Assembly (NCBI GenBank): GCA_963674705.1 | Contig: OY771506.1 | Location: 1,184,001 to 1,248,000, forward strand | Length of the DNA: 64,000 nt | Origin: Phycisphaeraceae bacterium | Lineage (GTDB): Bacteria; Planctomycetota; Phycisphaerae; Phycisphaerales; Phycisphaeraceae | Direction of reading: 5' to 3' | Shown here: positions 56,212 to 64,000 of the stretch, one piece after another | How positions within the stretch are numbered: position 1 is the stretch's first letter | Layout of the letters: each line of letters opens with the position of its first letter | Made by a program: the position numbers and the translations under genes | Notes under the pieces: model-generated | The model's input: the letters and a program-made list of their open reading frames with translations, nothing else | Told to the model about the DNA's origin: nothing | The model's database searches: none

Positions 56212-57846
56212 ATGCGCACTGATTGTTTACGAATCCACCGTATTTTTCGGCACACCGTGCTATGCATGGTTTGTCTGCTGTGCATGTCAACACCGCTGCA
56301 TGCCGACGACACACTCACCGATCACCAGCTGGCACGCCACGTCCTGACACGCATGGGATTCGGCCCGGCGCCCGGTGAAGTCGACAAGGTTGTCGAAATC
56401 GGCTGGGAAACCTGGGTCCGCCAGCAACTTGATCCGGATTCGATCGACAACGATGCATGCAATGATTACGTCCGCAAACACTATCCATCGTTAACCATGA
56501 CGATGGACCAGGTGTTCTACGAATATCAGCCCGCATACGAAAACAATCCGCCGACTCAGGACGAGATCAGGAAACGCAATGAGCTGCGCTATAAACTCAA
56601 CCGCGAGTTGACTGCTTCAGTTCTCTATCGTGCGACGCACAGCGAATGCCGCTTTGAAGAAGTCATGGCCGAGTTCTGGCGCAACCACTTCAATATCGAT
56701 CAGAACAAAGATGAGGTGCAATACCTCGCCGCCAACTACGAGCAGACGGTGATCCGCCGACACATGTTCGGCAAGTTCTCCAACATGCTGCTCGCCTCCG
56801 CACGCCACCCGGCGATGCTCATCTACCTCGACAACGATGTCAGCCAGAAACCATTGAGCGAACGCGAACAGAGCCTGATGACACGCTTCGAGAGCAAGCG
56901 TTACCAGCCGCGCATCGTCCAGTCACTCGGCCGACAACGCGGGCTCAACGAAAACTACGCTCGCGAGGTGATGGAACTGCATACGCTCGGCGTCGACAAC
57001 GAAAACCGTAAGGGCGGCTACTCTCAGCACGACGTCACCGAGTTGGCACGCCTACTCACAGGCTGGACGGCCGGGCGGACCGGCGAATCCATGACCATGA
57101 TGAGCGACGGCGCAGGCTACGGCTTCCGCTTCCGCCCGGAAGTCCACGACGACAAACCCAAGAACGTCCTCGGCATGTATTTTGACGGTGACGAGGGCGA
57201 GGCCGGCGGCGTACGCTTCCTCAAAGCACTCGGTGAACACAAACAGACCGCACGCTTCATGTCTTTCAAACTCTGCCGATACCTTATCTGTGACGATCCA
57301 CCTGAAAAACTCGTCGATCACATCGCGCAAGTATTCGAAGAAACCGACGGCGACCTGACACGCGTCTACGAAGCGATCCTCTTCAGTGATGCATTCAAAG
57401 ACCCCGCCAACTACCGCGCCAAGTTCCGCACGCCTTTCGAGTTTGTCATCGCTTCATTGCGTGCAACCGATGCGCAGGTGACGAACTACAACGGCACACG
57501 CGAAGCGCTTCGCCGGATGGGTCAGCCCGTGTATAGCTGCGTCGATCCGACCGGTTACGCCGACACCGCCGAGGCATGGCTCGACCCCGGCGTGTTGATG
57601 TATCGCTGGGACTTCGCCCTGCGACTTGCCGAGGACAGACTCGCCGGCGTGAAACTGCCCAAGACATTCTTCAGTGATTTGAAAGCCGATGACCCCGCCA
57701 TCCTGAAACGCACGCTTGCTGAAAAACTCTTAGGCGGCAGCGACATCAACGGCTGGGATGACCTGGAAAATGCGTTGGGTGATAAACCAGAAGCCAAGAA
57801 TGCCACGGGCCTGGTGCTTGGCTCACCGATGTTTCAGCAGCAGTAG
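56212..57846 (+). CDS. DUF1800 family protein
   Basis: FWRNHFN, PAMLIYLDN, NENYAREVMELHTLG, LGSPMFQ; start uncertain. Confidence 0.9.
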   Translation: MRTDCLRIHRIFRHTVLCMVCLLCMSTPLHADDTLTDHQLARHVLTRMGFGPAPGEVDKVVEIGWETWVRQQLDPDSIDNDACNDYVRKHYPSLTMTMDQVFYEYQPAYENNPPTQDEIRKRNELRYKLNRELTASVLYRATHSECRFEEVMAEFWRNHFNIDQNKDEVQYLAANYEQTVIRRHMFGKFSNMLLASARHPAMLIYLDNDVSQKPLSEREQSLMTRFESKRYQPRIVQSLGRQRGLNENYAREVMELHTLGVDNENRKGGYSQHDVTELARLLTGWTAGRTGESMTMMSDGAGYGFRFRPEVHDDKPKNVLGMYFDGDEGEAGGVRFLKALGEHKQTARFMSFKLCRYLICDDPPEKLVDHIAQVFEETDGDLTRVYEAILFSDAFKDPANYRAKFRTPFEFVIASLRATDAQVTNYNGTREALRRMGQPVYSCVDPTGYADTAEAWLDPGVLMYRWDFALRLAEDRLAGVKLPKTFFSDLKADDPAILKRTLAEKLLGGSDINGWDDLENALGDKPEAKNATGLVLGSPMFQQQ

Positions 57847-57873
57847 AATGAACCGCGAAGGCGCGAAGAAGTG

Positions 57874-57945
57874 AGCCGCAAATGAACGCTAATGCACGCA
57901 AATGTTGAATCCCTTATTCGCGTCCATTAGCGTTCATTCGCGGCT
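57874..57945. repeat. 30-bp inverted repeat with 10-nt internal periodicity
   Basis: AGCCGCAAATGAACGCTAATGCACGCAAAT vs ATTCGCGTCCATTAGCGTTCATTCGCGGCT (27/30 complementary). Confidence 0.85.
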
Positions 57946-57961
57946 AAAAATCGGAGTTCAC

Positions 57962-59263
57962 ATGCCATCAACACGCAGGCAATTCATGAAGACCACCGGC
58001 TCGCTCGCCTTGGGCGCTGCCGGGCTCGGTACGTTCGGGCCGTACAACGTCTTCGGCGCAAACGCCGCCGAGGCTGCCGGCAAACCGACACTCGTCGTGC
58101 TCTACCTGCGCGGCGGATCCGATCCGCTTAGCACGCTTATCCCCTACGGCGACCAAACGTACTACAACCTCCGCCCCACCATCGCCATCCCCGCACCCGG
58201 CGAATCAAACAACAATCAATCCGTCATCGCCTTCAGCCGTTACTTCGGTTTTCATCCGTCCATGGCAGGCCTCGCACGGCTGTACAAAAAGAAACTCATG
58301 GCCGCAGTCGTCAACGCGGGTTCCACACACCCGACGCGCAGCCACTTCGACGCACAGGACTTCATGGAACGCGCCGCCCCCGGGATCAAGAGCGTCACCG
58401 AAGGTTGGCTCAACCGTTATCTCTATCTTACCAAGTCCACCAACGACTCCGACCTGCGCGCGGTTACTTTCCAGCCCGTGCTCCCCCGCAGCATGCGAGG
58501 CCAATACCCCGCCCTTGCCGTGCCCGATCCAGAAGCACAAAAAGCCGCCAGCGCATTTGCGAGCCTCTACGGCTGTGATGATGAAAAAGACACAGCCAAG
58601 GATCAGACACCCGCCACCGATCAAACAACCGACGCGCCATCCACCGGCCAACAACGCATCGTCGAAGCCGGCTCACTTGGCATCACGCGCCTCAACCGTC
58701 TCAACGAGGTACTCAACAACGAAGCGTACAACACCACGGCCAAATACCCCGAGACGAACCTCGGCAGACAGTTCCGCGATGTGGCGCGGCTCATCAAAGC
58801 AGGCGTCGGCCTGGAAGTTACGGCAATCGATTACAACGGCTGGGACCACCACGCCATGCAGGGCGGCAGCGCCGGCGTCTTCGGCCAGATGATGGGCAAC
58901 GTCTCGCAGTCCATCGAAGCGTTCGTCGAAGATATCGGCCCGGCGATCGACCGCACGGTCGTCATGACCATGAGCGAGTTCGGCCGAACCGCGCGCGAAA
59001 ACGGCAACAGCGGTTCGGATCACGGCCACGGCGGATACATGCTGCTGGTCGGCGGGCCCATCAACGGCGGCAAGGTCTTCGGCAAGTGGACCGGCCTCGG
59101 CAGCCGCAACCTCTACGAAGGGCGCGACCTGCCCGTATACACCGACTTCCGCGACGTCTTCGCCGAAGTCCTCGCCGGGCTCTACGGCTTCCAGGCCGAC
59201 AGCCACCAGTTCTTCCCCGAATATGATGCCAACGACAAACCCATGGGGCTCATCAAATCCTAA
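57962..59263 (+). CDS. DUF1501 family Tat-exported protein
   Basis: TRRQFMK Tat motif, LRGGSD, RSHFDAQ, GWDHH, SEFGRT, DHGHG. Confidence 0.9.
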   Translation: MPSTRRQFMKTTGSLALGAAGLGTFGPYNVFGANAAEAAGKPTLVVLYLRGGSDPLSTLIPYGDQTYYNLRPTIAIPAPGESNNNQSVIAFSRYFGFHPSMAGLARLYKKKLMAAVVNAGSTHPTRSHFDAQDFMERAAPGIKSVTEGWLNRYLYLTKSTNDSDLRAVTFQPVLPRSMRGQYPALAVPDPEAQKAASAFASLYGCDDEKDTAKDQTPATDQTTDAPSTGQQRIVEAGSLGITRLNRLNEVLNNEAYNTTAKYPETNLGRQFRDVARLIKAGVGLEVTAIDYNGWDHHAMQGGSAGVFGQMMGNVSQSIEAFVEDIGPAIDRTVVMTMSEFGRTARENGNSGSDHGHGGYMLLVGGPINGGKVFGKWTGLGSRNLYEGRDLPVYTDFRDVFAEVLAGLYGFQADSHQFFPEYDANDKPMGLIKS

Positions 59264-59458
59264 TTTTCTGACGCCGCCTCTAAGAATATTGTTTGAAGAT
59301 GGTTATGGTTGTATTACTGTTCTGATGGCGGATAAACTTCCATTACGCGCTTGACCGCGAATCATAAACACCGACACTGTAAGGCTCTGTCGTCATGCCG
59401 TGTCTGTGGCTGACGTGCGTACGAATGGTTACATATCCAAGCTGACGAGGTTTCTGCA

Positions 59459-60538
59459 ATGACCGAATCCCAACAAGACGGCGCGAAAGGACAAAAGATT
59501 TCAATGGCACGGCTGATGGTAAGCATCATTGTTGTGATCATCATCGCGATCGTTGCGTTCCAGATCGGTAAGCAACGCTTGCCACAGGTCGATGCTTCAC
59601 GAACCAAAAAGATCTTCGGCCTCAGCGACCCGCACCCGCGCGAAATGGCCGAGGGCCTGACCGATGCCGACGGCGATCTCGTCGCTGATCCACCCGCCGA
59701 ACAAACCAAGTGGATCGACCCGCAGGCTCTGCTTTTCTCCTTCGTCGCTTCGCCCGAAGCCGAGAAGTCTGAACAGGCCTGGCAGCCGTTGGTCGAGCAC
59801 CTCGCGCAGGTGACAGGCAAGCCCGTGCAGTACATCCGTTTTGAAAATGCGCCCGATCAACTCAAAGCCATCGAAGAAGGACGCCTGCACATCACCGCGA
59901 TCAACACCGGCAACATCCCCGAAGCCGTCGCGTCCTGTGGTTTCGTCCCTATCGCCACACCGGCGGTCGGTGAGCAGAAACAAACCTACACCATGAAGAT
60001 CATCGTCCCGGCCAACAGCCCTATCAAGAAGCCGGAAGACCTCAAGGGGAAGGAAATCGCCTTCACCACCGCCGGGTCCAACTCCGGCTGCAAGGCCCCG
60101 ATGGAAGTGCTGCTGCGCCAGTTCAAGCTCAACCCGGACGCCGACTACCACTTCATCTTCTCGCGCGGCCACGAACAATCCATCAAGGGGATCGCCGAAG
60201 GCAAGTACCAGGCAGCCGCCGTCGCCAGCGACCTGCTGGACCAGGCCGTCGCCGCCGGTGACATCGAAGAGTCGGCCTTCAACACGATCTACACCTCCGA
60301 GCACTTCCCGCCGCTCGCGATGGGGTACGTCTACAACCTCAAACCCGAACTGGCAGACAAGATCAAGTCCGCCATCATGGACTTCAACCCGCAAGGCACC
60401 TCCGCCGCCTCGCAACTGACCGGAGACGTCACCGGCTTCGCACCCGTCTCCTACAAAGACGACTGGGCGCTGGTCCGCCGCATCGACGAATCCTTCCGCC
60501 CCGCAGCAGGCAAAGCGACGGAAGAGGACAAAAGCTGA
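59459..60538 (+). CDS. PhnD-like phosphate/phosphonate-binding protein
   Basis: N-terminal TM anchor; DLKGKEIAF..SNSG..P, GHEQSI. Confidence 0.82.
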   Translation: MTESQQDGAKGQKISMARLMVSIIVVIIIAIVAFQIGKQRLPQVDASRTKKIFGLSDPHPREMAEGLTDADGDLVADPPAEQTKWIDPQALLFSFVASPEAEKSEQAWQPLVEHLAQVTGKPVQYIRFENAPDQLKAIEEGRLHITAINTGNIPEAVASCGFVPIATPAVGEQKQTYTMKIIVPANSPIKKPEDLKGKEIAFTTAGSNSGCKAPMEVLLRQFKLNPDADYHFIFSRGHEQSIKGIAEGKYQAAAVASDLLDQAVAAGDIEESAFNTIYTSEHFPPLAMGYVYNLKPELADKIKSAIMDFNPQGTSAASQLTGDVTGFAPVSYKDDWALVRRIDESFRPAAGKATEEDKS

Positions 60539-60559
60539 ATCTCAATTACCGAACACCCA

Positions 60560-60634
60560 ATAGCCGCGACCTGCCAGGTCGCGCGCCTGTTAGTCAATAG
60601 ATCAACGTCGCGCACGCTGGCAGCGTGCGGCTAT
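60560..60634. repeat. Inverted pair of ATAGCC-headed REP-like palindromes
   Basis: ATAGCC-GCGACCT-GCC-AGGTCGC and, on the minus strand, ATAGCC-GCACGCT-GCC-AGCGTGC. Confidence 0.75.
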
Positions 60635-60657
60635 AAGGCGTGCATCGATAGGTCTAT

Positions 60658-63600
60658 TCACGCCCCGACGTGCTCTTCCATCGGCGGGCAGGTACAGACC
60701 AGGTGGCGGTCGCCGTACGGATTGTCTACGCGCCCGACGGGCGGCCAATATTTGTATTCGCGCAAGCGGTCAACAGGATACGCACCCAGGCTGCGCGGGT
60801 ACGTGTGTGGCCAATGGTCACCACTCACCGCTTCCGCGGTATGTGGGGCGTGCTTCAGCGGGTTGTCATCCTGATCGAGTTCGCCCGATTCGATCTTGCG
60901 GATTTCATCGCGGATTGAAATCAACGCATCACACAACCGGTCCAACTCCGCTTTCGATTCGCTTTCTGTCGGCTCGATCATCAACGTGCCCGCGACGGGC
61001 CAGCTCATCGTTGGGCTGTGGAAACCGTAATCCATCAGGCGCTTGGCGATGTCTTCGACGCGCACATGCGCCGACTTCTCGAACGGCCGACAGTCGATGA
61101 TAAATTCGTGCGCGACGCGCCCATTCTCGCCGGTATACAAAACGTCGTAATGGCCACGCAGCCGCGCCGCCATGTAGTTCGCGTTAAGGATCGCGCCCTC
61201 GGTCGCCTGCTTCAAACCGTCGCCGCCCATCATCGCGATGTACATCCACGAGATCGGCAAAATCGATGCACTGCCATACATCGCGGCGCTGACGGGCATG
61301 TCACCGGTTAACGGATCGCCCGGCAAGAACGGCGCAAGCGCCTCTGTACATGCGATCGGCCCCATGCCCGGCCCGCCCCCGCCGTGCGGGATGCAGAACG
61401 TCTTGTGCAGGTTCAGGTGACACACATCCGCGCCGATATCACCGGGCCTGCACAGCCCGACCTGCGCGTTCATGTTCGCACCGTCCATGTAAACCATCCC
61501 GCCGTTGTCGTGGATGATCTTGCAGACTTCCTTGATGGTTGTCTCGAACACGCCGTGCGTCGAAGGATACGTGATCATCAGCGCGGCGAGTTTGTCTTTG
61601 TGCTCTTCCGCCTTAGCTCGCAGGTCGTCGACATCGATGTCGCCGTTATCCTTGCAGTTAACTGCCACAACGCGCATCCCCGCGATCACCGCGGATGCCG
61701 GGTTTGTCCCGTGCGCGCTGACGGGAATCAAGCAGATATCGCGTACCGCCTGGTTGTTTGCACCGTCTCCCGATGGCTTGTCTCGCCCATCCGCTATCCG
61801 CGATCCACCATCCGCCATTGCTTTGGCTTCGTGATACCGACGGATCGAAAGCAGCCCCGCGTATTCGCCCTGCGAGCCGGCGTTTGGCTGCAGCGATACC
61901 GCAGCAAAGCCGGTGATCTCCGCAAGCCACATCTCAAGATCAGCGAACAGCTTCGCATAACCCCCCGCCTGATTCTTCGGCGCAAACGGATGCAGGTTCG
62001 CAAACTCCGGCCACGTGATGGGAAGCATCTCGCTCGCCGCGTTCAGCTTCATCGTGCACGAACCCAGCGGGATCATACTGTTCGCCAGGGTGATGTCCTT
62101 TGAAGCAAGGCGCGTCGTGTAACGCAGGAATTCGTGTTCAGCGTGGTATTGGTTGAAGACCGGGTGCGTGAGGATCGGCGAGGTGCGCTTTTGAAATACA
62201 GTCGATCCCGAGTTCGCTTGTTTCACAAGCCCGAGAACATATGCGCGATGCGCATCCGAATCCCAGAATTGTCTTGTGGGAATATCGCCCATGAATCTGG
62301 GTCGTCCGAATTTGTCCAGGGATCGAGCCAGATGTTCTTTTGCTTCTTGACGCGCTTCTTCTACTCCCGGGTCGGGGTGGGTGCCTTTGTTAAAGTAAAG
62401 GATCAGGTCATTGATGACACGAGCGTCGGATAATTCATCAAATGTGATCGCTACACATCGTGGATTGACTTCTCGAACAAGTATCCCCGAAGGCAACGCA
62501 AGCTGGTCCACGACCAGGTTGGCTGTGGTCGGTGATTCGATGTGGATTCTAACTGTGTCGAAAAACTCGCCCGGCTCAACTTTGTACCCAAGCTGTTCCA
62601 TGCCCAGTGCAAATGCGCGGGCATATTGATGCACACGTGTTGCAATCCGCGTCAACCCCTCAGGCCCGTGATACACCGCGTACATCCCCGCAATCACCGC
62701 AAGCAACACCTGTGCGGTGCATATATTCGATGTCGCGCGATCTCGCTTGATGTGTTGTTCACGTGTCTGGATCGCGAGTCGATACGCCGGGTTGCCGTGT
62801 GCATCTTTGGATACGCCGACGATACGCCCGGGCATCTTGCGTGCGTGTTGTTCATGTGTTGCCATGTACGCCGCGTGCGGTCCGCCGAAACCCATCGGGA
62901 CGCCGAACCGCTGCGTGCTGCCGATCGCGATGTCCGCCCCCCACTCGCCCGGCGGCTTGAGCAACACCAGCGACAAAATATCGCACGCCGCCACCAGCAG
63001 CCCCCCCGCCTCATGCACCTTCTCCGCCAACGGGACATAATCCTCAACCCGCCCATCCGTCGTCGGATACTGCACCAACACCCCGCACGCATCGGTAAAG
63101 CCCACGTTTTCAAAACGTGCGTTTTGCACGCGCACTTCTACCCCCATTGTCATCGCGCGCGTCTTCACCACCGCGATCGTCTGCGGATGACAATCATCGG
63201 CCACATAGAAAACAGGCTTCTTGTGTCGCGCGATCGCGTGACACATCGCCATCGCCTCCGCCGCCGCCGTCGCCTCATCCAAGAGCGACGCATTCGCCAA
63301 AGGCAACCCCGTCAGGTCGCTGACCATCGTCTGGAAGTTCAGGAGCGCTTCGAGCCGGCCCTGGCTGATCTCAGGCTGGTACGGCGTGTAGGCCGTGTAC
63401 CAGAGCGGGTTCTCTAAAATGTTCCGCAGGATCGGCGCGGGCGTGATCGTGCCGTGATACCCCATCCCGATCATCGACCGGGCGATCGTGTTCGAACCGG
63501 CGATCGCTTTCAACTGCGCCAACGCCTCATCTTCGCGCATCGGCTCGCCGAGCTTCAGCGGCTCTTTTAAGCGGATATCCTTCGGCACGGTCTGGTCGAT

Positions 63601-63741
63601 CAGTTCATCGATCGATGCGCAACCGATCTGCTCTAGCATCAGCTTGCGGTCATCAGCGCTCGGACCGATGTGCCGGTGTGCGAACGGATTGCTTTGTTCG
63701 GTTGGGTTTTGCGGATGGGTGGAATCGGGCTTGTTGGCCAT
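60658..63741 (-). CDS. gcvP: Glycine dehydrogenase (decarboxylating), GCS P protein
   Basis: [42 protein letters not shown] site; start 63741 or 63750. Confidence 0.96.
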   Translation of the reverse strand: MANKPDSTHPQNPTEQSNPFAHRHIGPSADDRKLMLEQIGCASIDELIDQTVPKDIRLKEPLKLGEPMREDEALAQLKAIAGSNTIARSMIGMGYHGTITPAPILRNILENPLWYTAYTPYQPEISQGRLEALLNFQTMVSDLTGLPLANASLLDEATAAAEAMAMCHAIARHKKPVFYVADDCHPQTIAVVKTRAMTMGVEVRVQNARFENVGFTDACGVLVQYPTTDGRVEDYVPLAEKVHEAGGLLVAACDILSLVLLKPPGEWGADIAIGSTQRFGVPMGFGGPHAAYMATHEQHARKMPGRIVGVSKDAHGNPAYRLAIQTREQHIKRDRATSNICTAQVLLAVIAGMYAVYHGPEGLTRIATRVHQYARAFALGMEQLGYKVEPGEFFDTVRIHIESPTTANLVVDQLALPSGILVREVNPRCVAITFDELSDARVINDLILYFNKGTHPDPGVEEARQEAKEHLARSLDKFGRPRFMGDIPTRQFWDSDAHRAYVLGLVKQANSGSTVFQKRTSPILTHPVFNQYHAEHEFLRYTTRLASKDITLANSMIPLGSCTMKLNAASEMLPITWPEFANLHPFAPKNQAGGYAKLFADLEMWLAEITGFAAVSLQPNAGSQGEYAGLLSIRRYHEAKAMADGGSRIADGRDKPSGDGANNQAVRDICLIPVSAHGTNPASAVIAGMRVVAVNCKDNGDIDVDDLRAKAEEHKDKLAALMITYPSTHGVFETTIKEVCKIIHDNGGMVYMDGANMNAQVGLCRPGDIGADVCHLNLHKTFCIPHGGGGPGMGPIACTEALAPFLPGDPLTGDMPVSAAMYGSASILPISWMYIAMMGGDGLKQATEGAILNANYMAARLRGHYDVLYTGENGRVAHEFIIDCRPFEKSAHVRVEDIAKRLMDYGFHSPTMSWPVAGTLMIEPTESESKAELDRLCDALISIRDEIRKIESGELDQDDNPLKHAPHTAEAVSGDHWPHTYPRSLGAYPVDRLREYKYWPPVGRVDNPYGDRHLVCTCPPMEEHVGA
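61787..61818 (-). repeat. Heptamer array (GCGGATN) inside gcvP coding sequence
   Basis: Plus strand CCATCCG CTATCCG CGATCCA CCATCCG CCAT; encodes [11 protein letters not shown]. Confidence 0.75.
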
Positions 63742-63894
63742 GGGCGTCATGCTTTGGCTCATTTGTGAAAATAGCCTGTTGGGGGATTGTTGGGGGGTGT
63801 GTCTCCGACACGCTTGGTTCAGTCTATGGCCAGCCCGGTATCGAATCAACGCACCCCCACCTGCTCGACACCAGACCCCCGACTCACCTGTCGC

Positions 63895-64000
63895 TTAGCC
63901 ATCCACCGGCTCACTCGGCGTATCCAGCACCCGTTGCATCAGGCACAGGTCAAGCCACCTGCCGAACTTGAACCCGACTTGCGGGATCGTCGCCACGTTT
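63895..64000 (-). CDS. 3' end of GNAT N-acetyltransferase (phosphinothricin acetyltransferase-like), partial
   Basis: Minus strand reads NVATIPQVGFKFGRWLDLCLMQRVLDTPSEPVDG*; not in the ORF track. Confidence 0.75.
   Translation of the reverse strand, partial: NVATIPQVGFKFGRWLDLCLMQRVLDTPSEPVDG

Noticed and set aside
63750..63894. Glycine riboswitch, or a further G-rich/C-rich array pair, upstream of gcvP
   Set aside because: Glycine aptamer motifs are absent and the repeat periodicity is too degenerate to support.

Overview
GC-rich bacterial window, most likely Planctomycetota and probably Phycisphaerae (inferred from PEP-CTERM/dockerin proteins, DUF1559-type pseudopilin tails, DUF1800/DUF1501 and the lpxC-fabZ fusion). 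Housekeeping content: bamA-skp-lpxD-lpxC/fabZ-lpxA-epimerase, pdhA/pdhB/pdhC, coaB, der, tsaB, trpD, gcvP. Accessory content: a histidine kinase with four stand-alone receiver proteins, a heparinase II/III-like gene, and a LacI-associated starch/pullulan locus with a PEP-CTERM-anchored amylase. The strongest unexplained signal is a set of short 7-10-nt tandem-repeat arrays placed at codon boundaries: G/purine-rich arrays directly after stop codons and complementary C/pyrimidine-rich arrays directly before ATGs. The complete example is a four-helix-bundle (23S rRNA IVP/Avd-like) gene between pdhA and pdhB, whose flanking arrays could form a ~35-bp stem bringing the pdhA stop next to the pdhB start. 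Empty, nested and in-frame versions occur elsewhere. Also notable are a stand-alone 30-aa Val-rich sORF and an ultra-acidic small protein. All calls come from motif recognition by eye; no searches were run. No rRNA, tRNA, CRISPR array or transposase was recognised.
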